From positions 5,911,149 through 5,975,148 of the forward strand of contig MU058213.1 of the NCBI GenBank assembly GCA_013265495.1: a DNA stretch of 64,000 bases, given 5' to 3'. This stretch comes from Vicugna vicugna (taxonomy: Eukaryota). A model generated the notes under the pieces. The model did no database searches. It saw only the letters and a program-made list of their open reading frames with translations, and had not been told where the DNA came from. This document shows, piece by piece, positions 1 to 11,600 of this stretch; position 1 is the first letter of the stretch; each line of letters starts with the position of its first letter. A program made the position numbers and the translations under genes.

Positions 1-835
1 GACTTCAATCCAGTTACATTTAGGATGATTATTGATATGTTAAGGATTTACTACTGCCATTTTCTCTTTTGCCTTCTGGTTATTTTGTCTCTCCATTATT
101 TTTTCCTTCTATTTCCATCTACCTTTGTAACTTGGTGGTTTACCATGACAATTTGCTCAGTCTCCCCTTTTTTATGTTTTATATCTCTGGACTTCTGCTT
201 TGTGGCTGCAATGAAGTTTACATAAAACATCTCATAGATAAAATTGTCCTTTTTCTGCTGATAGCAATTTATCTTCATTTGCCTATAAAGCTTTCATCCT
301 TTTACTCTGCTCCTTTAATATTTCTGATGTCACAAAGTATCTTTTTGTCTAATGCAGTCTAATGCATCATTCATTTCATTTATTGAGTCATTCACCTCTG
401 GAATTTGTTTGATTCTTTTTTAGAATTTCAATCTCTTTGGTAAAATATACTTTCTGTTCATTAATTTATTCCACAGACCATTATATTGCCTTTCTGAGTT
501 TTCTTGTGCCTTGTTAAATTTCTTTATAACAGTAATTGTAAATTCTTTATCAGTTAGATCACAGTATCTCATCATATTTGGATTGGGTTGCTGGAAATTT
601 TTCATTTTCTTTTTGTGATACCATATTACCATGGTTTTTCATGCTGTTTGATGAGAAATGCCTCTGCTGCTGTATTTGAAGTAGTGAACACTTTGCTTAT
701 TTAGACAAGGTTTTGTTTACTTTAATTCTAATAGTTCAACAGATTGGTAGTTAGGAGCCTTCCTTTTGTTTTTCCAGAAGGTGGTACTACAGCACATTTT
801 TATTTCTCTTACTGGAACTGACTTACCACTAAGGT
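1..835 (-). mobile_element. Old LINE-1 fragment (ORF1 / inter-ORF region), antisense
   Basis: Minus ORF 420..632 (DLTDKEFTITVIKKFNKAQENSERQYN) resembles the L1 ORF1p N-terminal region; T-rich plus strand. Confidence 0.7.
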
Positions 836-862
836 TGTGAACATGCATATAAAAACTAAATA

Positions 863-960
863 GGGGGGTGGGTATAGCTCAGTGGTAGAGCATGTGCTTG
901 GAGTGCATAAAGTCCTAGATTCAATCTCCAGTGCTTCCGTTGAGGGGAGGGGATAAAAAA
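863..960 (+). mobile_element. tRNA-derived SINE (camelid Vic-1-like)
   Basis: gggtatagctcagtggtagag (A box) ... gattcaatctccagt (degenerate B box); direct repeat taaatagggggg at 857-868 and 961-972. Confidence 0.85.
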
Positions 961-965
961 TAAAT

Positions 966-3900
966 AGGGGGGATCATATAAAGATGGAGTAAGATGTAGA
1001 GTTCACCTCCCCCCACAAATACATCAAAATTACATCTACATGTGAAACAGTTCTCACAAAACTGGAAACTGGCAGAACAACTCCTATACAGCCAAAGCTA
1101 CAAGAAAGATTTCCATGTAACCAAATACGACAGAAAAAAAAAGACATAAAGTTGGGGCCTTTGTCCCTGGGAGGGATCTGAAAGGAAGAGAAGTTCTACA
1201 TGGGCAGACCCTTGCACGGGGGAGTGAGAGAATCAAGCCACAGACCAGGCATCCCAGTCCTGGGGTCTTAGAGGAGACAAGCCCCTTTTGCTGCTGGAAG
1301 AATTGCTGGGACAGATAGAAGGGCTGGAGAACCCTAGACTCTACTCTCTAAGAATGTGTGGGTGTTGGCTTGTCAAGGATCAGGGCGAAGGAAGCTCTGC
1401 ACTGGCAGCTGCCGCCTTAGTGCACTCCTCAATCCAAGTAGGGCAAACACTCCAGCCCCAGTCAGTCCACACCACAGTTTGGTGCTTGATCTGGGACAGA
1501 CAGGCCCTGGGAGAAGGTGATCTGGGTATGTAGATCAGGGGCCTGGAGTATGGTCCAAGTGGAGCGACAGCAGCTACTGATAGCACTTACTTGGGTGGCA
1601 CCACAGGAGGCGCTGTGACCAGCAAACCTTAGTCCATCTTTCAGCCCAGTGAGCACTGTGGCCCCAGCCACTGCACACCACAGCCTGGCACTGGACATGG
1701 GGCAGACAAGTCTTGGGAGAAGACTGTCATAGAGGCAGCCCAGCTCTCTGGCAACAACACAGCCACCTCAATTCTATACCTTTGGGGCAAGGCAACAGTC
1801 AACTGAATGGAGTCTGACTGATCCCTGTCTGCAGGGTATCTGCGCCAGCAACTGATTGGGCAGCAACAGCTACAAGCAAAGAAGTTCCTCCTCATGCCCT
1901 GCACAGGTTTTAGATCCTCTAACACCAGCCACATCCTCTATTAATGTGATAGCAGCCAGCACAGTGAGGAAAGATATGGCTGGTATCCTTATCAAAACCA
2001 ACCCTCACACCAAAGATTTGGACACACAGAGTCTATACAGGGACACTCCCACATAAAAGCACCCCATCAGGACCACATAGATAGCTGTTTCTACTAAATT
2101 CATAGACACAGAGAAAGTTAAGTAAAATGAAAAGACAGAGGAACTACTGCCAATTAAAAGAGCAAGAGAAATCCCCTGAAAGAATAATAAAACAGAGCTC
2201 ACCAGTCTACCAGTCTCTGAGTTCAAAAAGGTGGTAATAAAAATGCTGACTGAATTAAGAAAGACCTATTGACATAAACGCAGATCACTGTAACAAGGAA
2301 CTAGAAACTATAAAGATGAGCCAATCAAAAATAGATAATTCAATTTCTGAGATAAAAAGCAATGAATAACCAACTAAATGACACAGAAAGCCAGTAGTCT
2401 GGAAGATTAAATCATGGAAATCACCCTATCAGGACAGCAGACAGAAAACATTTTTTTTTAATTATGAAATCTATGGAAGAATATAAAATGTGCCAACCTA
2501 CACATAATAGGGGTTTCAGAAGGAGAAGAAAAAGAGTATTGAAAATCTATCTGAAGAAATTATGGCTGAAAATTTCCCAGACCTAAAGAAGGAAACATAT
2601 CCATGTCCAGGAAGCACAGAGGATCTCAAACAAGATCAACCCAAACAGACCCACTCCAAGACATATCATAATTACAACAGTAAAGTTAAAGAGAGAATTC
2701 TAAAGGCAGCAAGAGAAAAACAATGAGTCATTTACAAGGGAGCCCTCATAAGGCTATCAGCTGATTTCTCTGCAGAAACTTTGCAGACCAGAAGGGAGTG
2801 GCATGATGTAAAGTCCTGAAAGAGGAAAAACAGCTAGGATACTCTACCCAACAATATTATTATTTAGAGTAAAAGGAGAAATAATTTCTCAGATAAGCAA
2901 AAATTAAAACAATTCAGCAATACTAACCTTTACCCTAAAAGAAATACTGAAGGGTCCTTCTACATAGAAAAGAAGTAAGAATCTACAGGAAAAGGGAAAT
3001 CTCAATAGGAAAGCAAATATATAGTAAGGACTGAAGATCACTTAAATGAGCCAGTACATAGATTTTAAAAGGTATAAAAATTGTAAAAGTGATTATAACT
3101 ACAATAAGCAGTAAAAGGATAACCATGAAGATGTAATATTGTATATCAAAATCACAAAAAGTGGGGAAAGTGAATAAAAAATGTAGAACTTTTAGAATGT
3201 GTTTGAACCTGAATGACTATCAGTTTAAAGCAGTAGATATAGTTACGGTCAACATACATAATCACAAATCAAAAATATACAATAGAGTCACAAACATCAG
3301 AAAGGAACTCAAGCATACTACAAAAAACAAACAAAAAACCATCAAACCAGTAAAGGAAAAGTAAAAGGAAGAAATGAACAAATAATTATGAAAACAATTG
3401 GAAAACAAAGAATAAATGGCAATAAGTACATACATAATGATTGTGTTAAATGTCAATGGACTAAATGCTCTGACCAAAAGACAGAGTTGGCGTGATTGGA
3501 TTAAGAAAAAAAAAAAAGAACCTGGAATAAGCTGCCTACAAGAGACTCATTTCAGGGTGAAAGACACATAGAGTGAAAGAGGAAGGAAAAAATACTTCAT
3601 ACAAATGGAAATGACAAGAAAGCAGGGTTATGAATACTCATATCAGACAAAATAGACTTTTAAAACAAAGATCATAATGAAAGACAAAGAAGCATTATAT
3701 AATGATAAAGGGATCCATACAAGAAGAAGATATTATACTCATTAATATTGGGTGCACCCAGTACAGGAGCACATAAATATATAAAGCAAATGCTAACAAT
3801 ACTAATAAATAAATACTAATAAAAGATGAAACTGACAACAATATAATAATAGTAGGAGACTTCACACCCCACTGACATAAATGGACACATGAAAAGATGC

Positions 3901-4805
3901 CCAACATCACTAATCATTAGAGAAATGCAAACCAGAACTACAGTGAGGTATCATCTCACAATGGCCAGAATGGATGTCATCAAAAAGTCTACAAATAATA
4001 AATGCTGGAGAGGATGTCAAGAAGAGGGAATCCTCATACACTATTGGTAGGAATGTAATCTGGTATAGCCACTATGGAAAATAGTATGGAGGTTCATTAA
4101 AAAACTAAAAATAGAACTACCGTATGATCCAGCAATCCCACTTTTGGGCATATACATCCAGAAAAAATAAAAGCTCAAATTCAAAAAGGTACATGAACTC
4201 CAATATCCATAATAGCACTACTTACAATAGCCAAAACATGAAAGCAACCCAAGTGCCCATCAACAGACAATTGGCTTAAGAAGATGTGATATAGCTATAT
4301 AGATACACACACACACACACACATATACACACAATGGAATATTACTCAGCTATAAAAAAAGAATGAAATATTGCCATATGGAGCAACATAGATGGACCTA
4401 AAGAATATTAAGCTTAGTGAAATAAGTTAGAGAAAGACAAATATGTTCCACTTATATGTGGAACCTAAAAAAATGACTCTATATACAAAACAGAAACATA
4501 CTCACAAACAGAAACAAATTTAAAGTTACCAAAGGGGAGAGGGAGGTGAGGAGGGACAAATTAGGACTACGGGATTAACAGATACAAACTACTATGTATA
4601 AAATAGATAAGCAACAGCTATTTACCATATAGCATAGGGAATTATACCCAATGTCTCCTAGTAACTTATAATGGAATATAACGTGCAAAAAGAAAAAAAA
4701 ACCAAATCACTATGCTGCACACCTGAAACTAACATGATATTCTAAATCAACTATACTTCAATTTAAATAAGCACATACATACCTAAGTACATAAATAAAT
4801 AAAAA
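966..4805 (+). mobile_element. Cetartiodactyl-type LINE-1: 5'UTR, ORF1, endonuclease, large internal ORF2 deletion, 3' end
   Basis: 5'UTR start ...aagatggagtaagatgtagag; ORF1 remnant MKRQRNY... from ~2128; EN motifs LNVNGLNA, CLQETHF, IIVGDF; jumps to HMKRC..SLIIREMQ at ~3887; A-rich tail at ~4790-4805; many stops and frameshifts. Confidence 0.9.
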
Positions 4806-4809
4806 GCAA

Positions 4810-5337
4810 AGGGTGGTGCTAGAGCTTGGGGGTGGGGGGCATGTACTTAACACTTGGGGCTTTGGGTGTACCCAGACATTTGGGGGCGGTCTTCTTTCCT
4901 CCCAGGCAGACAGCCAGAGACACTTCCCTGCAGCTCTCTTTGTCTTCCTACTTCCCTTTCCTTTCATTCACTGTGGTCTCTCTTTAGAGAGAGAAACTGG
5001 TCCCTCCAGCTGCAACATGTGTAGCCAGGTAGACCCCCACTCACCATCTTTATCCTCCTCCTCTATTCCTTGCCACACCAGCTTCCATCTTCTCTACCAT
5101 CACCACTTCTGCCACTGCTGGCTCCACCACCACTTCCCTCAGTCCGCTGTCGCCTCTCTGTTGCAATCCACCCACATTCAGATGCACACATGGATGGATC
5201 TCTCAGATGTCCTAGTATGCTATGCAGAGGGTTCATTTTGTTTTGTTGTGTTTCATTTTGTCATGTAAGTCCAGTTAGTTGTAAATCAAAGGGGAAAGAA
5301 AAAGGACACAATTCACACTGCCGTGATGCTGATGTCC
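4810..5337 (-). mobile_element. 5' UTR of an older L1, antisense (probable continuation of the 1-835 element)
   Basis: Minus strand begins gacatcagcatcacggcagtgtgaattgtgtcctttttctttcccctttgatttacaactaactggac, resembling an old L1M 5' end; same orientation as 1-835. Confidence 0.6.
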
Positions 5338-5339
5338 AA

Positions 5340-5830
5340 GTTAATTTTTCTGTGTGGTGTGAGGTAATGATCAAGATTCATTTTTTGCATATGACTATTC
5401 CATTATTTCAGCCTTATTTGTGGAGAAGATTATCCTTTCCCCATCTTATTGTATTGGAACCTTTGTCAAAATCATTAAGCATAAATGTCTGAGGTTTTAT
5501 TTTCTTGGTTCCATTTATCTGTTACCCTGTCTTTATGTCACTACTATAACATCTTGATTACTGTTGCTGTACAGAAAGTCTTGAAATCAGGTAGCAGGAG
5601 TAATTAAAATTTTCTCTGCTGTTTCAAGGTTGTTCTGATTATTATAGGTCCCATATAATTAAAATTTTATATAATTTAAAAATATAATTGCATTTCTATA
5701 TAACTTAAAAATCAACCTGCCAGTTTCTACAAGAAAAGACTTATAGAATTTTGGATTGGATTGGATTGAATCTATAGATAAATTTTGGAAGAAATGACAT
5801 CTTAATATTTAATCTCTTAATCTACATACA
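5340..5830 (-). mobile_element. Old L1 ORF2 fragment, antisense
   Basis: Typical antisense L1 motifs (ttgaaatcaggtag, gattgaatctatagataaattttggaagaaatgacatctta). Confidence 0.7.
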
Positions 5831-5839
5831 CATTGTCAA

Positions 5840-6900
5840 TAAATTATACTTCATCAAAATTTAAAACTTTTGCTCTGCTAAGGGCTTTTAAGGAAATGAG
5901 AAAGCAAGCTAAATACTGAGAGAAAATATTTTTAAAACATATACTGACAAAGAACTTATATATGAAGAACTTAATATATGAAGAACTCTTACGATGCAAT
6001 GAGAAGGCAAAAACATTTTAAGTTAGCAAAAGTTTGAATAGGTACATCACCAGAGAAAATATACATATGGCAAATAAGTACATGAAAAGATACTCAGCAT
6101 CTCTAGTCATAGAGTTAAAATCATAATGAGATACTACTAGATACCCACTAGAATGGGTAAAATTAAACAGATTGATAATACCAAATATTAATAAAGAAGT
6201 AAAACAATTAGAACTCTCTTAGACTGCTAGTGTGGATATAAAACAATATGATCACTTTGGAAAAAACTTTGGCAGTTTCTTAAAAAGTTAAAGATACACC
6301 TACCATGCAACCTACCTATCTCACTCTTAGACATTTAACTAAGAGAAGTGAAAGCATATGTGCACACAAAGATTTGTACACAAATATTCAGAGTAACTTC
6401 ATTTGAAAGAGCCTCAAATTGACAGTAACCTGAATGTCCATTCCAGGTGAATGCACAAACACATGTGGCTCATCCATACAATGAAGTACTGGCATCACCA
6501 TAAAGGAAGGGACTGCTGATACATGCAACAATGTGAATGAATTTCTAAGTATGGTGAGTACAGGAAGCCAGATAAAAGTGAGTCTATACTTACGATTCCA
6601 CTTAAATAAAATTCTAGAAAATGCAAACTAATCTGTAGGACATAAAATAGATGAGTGGTTGCCTGAGAACAGAGTGGAAATCAGTGAGAAAGATGGATTA
6701 GAAAGGAGCATAAATAAATTTTAGGAATGATGGATATGTTCTTTGATTATTGTGATGGTTTGATGGATATATATGTATATATGTGTGTGTGTGTGTGTAT
6801 ATATACACACACACAAAAATGGACACACATGTATACACATAAATTTATACCTATATATAAATGTATCCAGTGTTTATGTGCAATTTATTGTGTCACTATT
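5840..6900 (+). mobile_element. Old L1 (L1M-type) 3' end
   Basis: catcaaaatttaaaacttttgctctg ... catgaaaagatactcagcatc ... 3'UTR, with a TA/TG/CA microsatellite. Confidence 0.8.
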
Positions 6901-6904
6901 CACC

Positions 6905-8175
6905 AGTAAAGGATGGAGTAAGAAAGGTTACACTTGTCCCATCATGAATGATTAGAAAACTGGACAAAAAACAGAAAAGAACTGTTTCAAACAATGGACA
7001 GCAGGCAGTGCAGGACTGTTATCATTCCTGAGAGAAGAGAAACAAATGAAGTGAGCTCTATGATTTTCTCCATCTTTTTGCCTGGACGCATTTTCCTAAT
7101 AGTGGTGCAAGGAAGGAGAACTCAATCAGAGCCCAGCATGCTGAGTATGAAAAGGCAGAGGTTGGAGTTCAGAGAAACTTAGCAGTTGGAAGCTGCAGGA
7201 CAAAATTCTGGAGAAAAGGAAGCTCTGCAGAAAAAGAGCTCCATATAAAGCCCCTTCAATCTATGTTTATTATTAGGCCAAACATGCGTAAGATGAAACT
7301 CATGAGGCTGAGCAAAAAAAACATATAGCAGGTTTGAACTAAACAGTTCCCAGAGTTATTCGGGGCAAGGAGTTCAAGTTTCAGCCAGCAAAGACCAAAC
7401 GTTCTGGGTGATCAACTGGGGCATATATTGTCGACCACAAAGAGGCTACCCCACAGTGTTATGACTGAATTATCCCTTGAATGAACAAAGCCTGTAAACA
7501 AGGCTCACATTTATCAAACTGATCAACAAATAACTTAAATGCCTTAGCCTCCTGAAGGAAGACAACAAAAATCCAGATATTCAACAATACAGCATTCATA
7601 ATGTCCAGCATCCAATCACAAGTGATTAGATTTGCCAAAAATCAAGAAAATGGAATCCCTAACCAGGAAAAAAAAAACCTCAAATAAAAGAGATTGTAAG
7701 AGATGTTAAATTAGTACACAAGGACCTTAGATACTATACTTGTGTATATAACGGCAAATGTGAACATAATAGAGAAATCAATAAATATTTTTAAAAACCC
7801 AAATAAAACTTTTAGAGATAAAAACATACGTGAAATAAACTTTTCACAGAATAAGATTAATAGTGGATTAGACATTGCAGAAGAAAAGACTGGTAAATGG
7901 AAAAAACACAAAGATTAAATGAATAAAAATAAACAAGTTCAGAGACCTATGAAGTAACATCAAGTTAAAAAATAAATGAAGTCTCACAATAAGAGTAGGT
8001 CGTGTAGAACAAGGATAGGAAGAAAAATGGTCAAAGTTTTCCAATTTGATTTTTAAAAAAGTTACAGAGCCAAGCAGCTCAACAAACCACAAGTAGGAAA
8101 CACACACACCAGCACACATCATAATCAAACTACTGAAAACCAGTGATAAAGAGAAAAACTTACAGCAACCAGGGA
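6905..8175 (+). mobile_element. Old L1 5' region / ORF1 remnant
   Basis: gattagacattgcagaagaaaagac, cacatcataatcaaactactgaaaaccagtgataaagagaaaa are ORF1-like DNA motifs. Confidence 0.6.
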
Positions 8176-8699
8176 GGGCCAGGAGGGGACAGAGGAAGAA
8201 TATCTCATCTCTGCACCCCTCCACCCCAACCAGAATACCTGCTAGGGTTACCCAATAATGCAAGACTCCTAGACAGTGAGCTGGGGCTTTAGCAAGTGCC
8301 ACCACAGAGCATACATCATGGTAGTGATACTTTAGACAAGGGGCTCACTGTGTTGTACCAAGGGCAGAGACGTTCTTTTAGCTCTAAGTCCCAACCCAGA
8401 TCCCTGGGAAAAGAAAGACAGCCACCCAGGAGCAGGTCATGCCCCTCCTTTTCCTTTTGCCATAACTGCCTAGAAGTTTGGCACTACGAGTCATCAGGAA
8501 GAGATGCACAGTGAAGACTATGGCTTCCTCTATGCAGGAAAAGGCAGGTGTGTAGCAGAGTTGTTTCCATCTTTCAGCCTTTGGGCTGTGGGACCAGCAC
8601 TCTTCTGTTGCGCTGCAACAAAAAGCCTAATAATTCTGAGTTCCAGAGAAAATACCATGGTACCCCTGAGGCACAGCAAAGGGATTAGTTCAAACCAGA

Positions 8700-11600
8700 C
8701 TTAAGCCCAGGGCCCTTAAACCATACAATCAGTTGCCATGAGGGAGGTCCCTAACCCTAGCAATTCTAATTGGAGACCCTCTAGAGGAAAAAAAAAGTAC
8801 ATAAATATGAGCAGGCTAAAGGACCTCCCCCAGTATATTCAGTGACAAAAAATGGAAGGGAGGGAGGGAAGAAGAGAAGAAGGAGGGAGAGGGTGGGGAG
8901 GGAGGGAGAGGGAAAGAGACAAGGAAAGAGAGGGGAGAGGGAGAGGAGGAGTGACGGAGAAAGAGGAAGGAAGGAAGGAAATGAAAGGAAAGGAAACAGG
9001 AATAAAGGAAAGGAGTAAGGAAAAGAAAGGAGTCTGCATACAGGAGAAGCTATAACAAAATAAATGAATACACACCCAAATACACATTATTAAACTGAAA
9101 CAAATGTCCATAATTTGAGCCAATTGGAAATCCAAAATTTACTTAAAAAATTTTGTAACAAAAAGATAAGAACAGCGCTGATTAGCTATTGTGCCTCTAC
9201 AACATACAGGTTCTCAATTAACTTTCACATGTGAAATGCATGAACTGGTAAAGCTTCATGGACTTAACAGTGTGGTTCAAATTTGTTATATCTGGGATCA
9301 CACTAAATTTGAACATGGTACCCCAATAATCTTAGGAGAGTAACTAAATGTAAAATAGAAGGAAAACAGGTATGCATCACTTAAAATTTAGCCTTGCCTA
9401 AATTTCCCGTAGCTAGAATATGCAGTGCCCTAAAATGTTCCAAAGTGAGCACAGATGTTCACTTTGAGTCTTCGGCACTTACAGATTGGCTGGACAAAAT
9501 GAGACCCCACACACCCCTGGTTAAAGTAGTTAATACAGCCCAATGAGGGTTAAAACACGGCCTCCAAGGATAGAAACTTATTATAAAAGACATAATTAAT
9601 GAGTGGGTGATTATTCCCACTGATTCTCCATTTGACAGCCCACTTTTGCATGTTCTTAAACCTACAAAGATGATGATGCCTCACAGTGGTTTGCTGCAGT
9701 CTTAGTTCTTGTGGTCCTATCCATTAGGGCCTTCATTCACAATACCCAGTATCACTGACGTCACTAATGCCAGCTCATCAGAGACTGGTGTATATTTAGC
9801 TATTATAGATTTGGCTAGTATGTTCTGTTTGGTGCCTATTTACACAGCTTCTCAACCACAGTTCACCTCACCTTTTATGGGACATAATACACCTTTACTA
9901 GGTCCCTCAACACCCTTGCCATCACACACAGTCCGCAGACCGTATCTCAACTGCGTTCATCTTTCTCTAGGAGCATTGATATTACATTGCATTGATGACA
10001 TCCTCCTTTCTGGAGATTCATTTGACACATTGCCTAAGGACATAAAAGCGCAACATCTTTTAGTCCTTTTGGGTTCTGAAGACAACATATTCCTCATTTA
10101 CAAGTTTTACTTAATCTCACTGATGTCCCTGCTTATAAAGCAGCTCCCTTCAACAAAAGGCTCTAGAATCTGTCTAAACTAGAAATCAAAAGGCACTTCC
10201 TCCATTGCTTTTGAAGATTCCTTTGCTGTAGAGGCTTGACAACTCCCCTCACGCCTCCTGGAATCTCTGAATCACCTATTATGGCCAAAAATTGCCCATA
10301 GGCTTGTAATGCAAAAACTACCCTACTCAGCCTCATGCTATATACTATTAGAGCAGAAATTGCTGGTCACTTACAGGGATATCGTGGAAACAGAGGATCT
10401 CACAGACCCTGAGCCTGTGACCCTTAATATCCAGCTGCCCGTTATGCATTGACCTATGGAAGCAGCACCTCACAAGCTTGGCACTACTCCTGAGTACTTC
10501 TTGATGCAGGGCCCACTGGCATATTCCTCCTGAAGGGGAAATGGAGTTTGCTGTCAGTCACTCACCAGATGTCACTTCCTCTCCAGACCCCTTGGCCACT
10601 TGGGAGCCACTTGGGACTAACTGAGTGAACAGCAATGGGAGCTCATAGAGTGTACAGAGGGGATTGCCACCATCATAAATGAGGGATCTCAGTGCAGTGC
10701 TGCTGCTTTCATTCCTTAACTGAGATGTCCCTGATAAAAGATGGGACACAGGGGTTAGTGAAATTGGCCAAACTTCAGGCAGTCATCTTAACACTAAGTG
10801 CCCTGGTCGGCAAATTGCCCCATCTGTACATTTTTATAAACTTTTGAGCTGTTGCCTAAGAGTTATCCCTTCTCCTCAAAGTGACAAACTCAGAACCTCT
10901 TGCCTCACAGATACCCAAGAAACAAATCAAAGTCATACATGCCTCTACATATACTAAGGCCATAATACAAGGCCTCACCAGACACTCATTACCCCCTTCA
11001 GAGTTCCAGGCATTACCAATAGTCACCAAGGCATACATTTCACTTCTCAAAATACACACTTCTGTGCTCTTGGAAGAGGCATTCAGCTGAACTTTTATCT
11101 TCCCAAACAGCCAATTTAATGAGAGACATAATGATCTATTCAAATAACTTACTTTTACTCTAGCCTACAAATAAACCCCTAAATGGGTCTTTATCTTGCC
11201 CCAGGCCTTAATCTCTCTTAATTTAAATCTCCTTGGATAATTCACACCTTACATCAATTTAAAACCACCTTCCATCCTTTTTCCTATCTTTAGAGGATAT
11301 GTCTTGCCTCTGTGTATATGTGCCTCATTATATATGAGGCCTTTTAATAGTGTCTCCCTGTATCTTTGTGGATTTTCAGTCCTGCCCCAACCCAATAAGG
11401 GCAGGAGGCTAGATCCAGGATGCACAGTTGTCTTGGACCCATTAACTATAGACTGTCAAGCTAGGAACCTGCACATCTGATAGGGAACCCTTTTGGGCCT
11501 GAACTTCCACTACCTGAACTCTTCCTCAATATTCAGATTATAAAGGAGTGGGTAATTCTGAGTTCTTGCTCCAGTCCCTTCAGGGAAATAAAAATTAGTT

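Noticed and set aside
863..940. tRNA-like sequences here and at 43115, 43435 and 49457 as functional tRNA-Ala genes
   Set aside because: Diverged stems, A-rich tails and target-site duplications identify them as SINE copies.
4813..5492. 151-aa and 140-aa plus-strand ORFs
   Set aside because: They lie antisense within an old L1 5'UTR remnant, have low-complexity translations and show no recognisable domain.
6765..6815. Palindromic (TG)n-TATATA-(CA)n hairpin as a miRNA or structural RNA
   Set aside because: It is a compound microsatellite within an L1 3' UTR; self-complementarity follows trivially from the dinucleotide repeats.
9709..10182. RT-like ORF as a functional or domesticated reverse transcriptase
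   Set aside because: YIDD is mutated to CIDD, the LPQG region is frameshifted or lost, and flanking pol has many stops.
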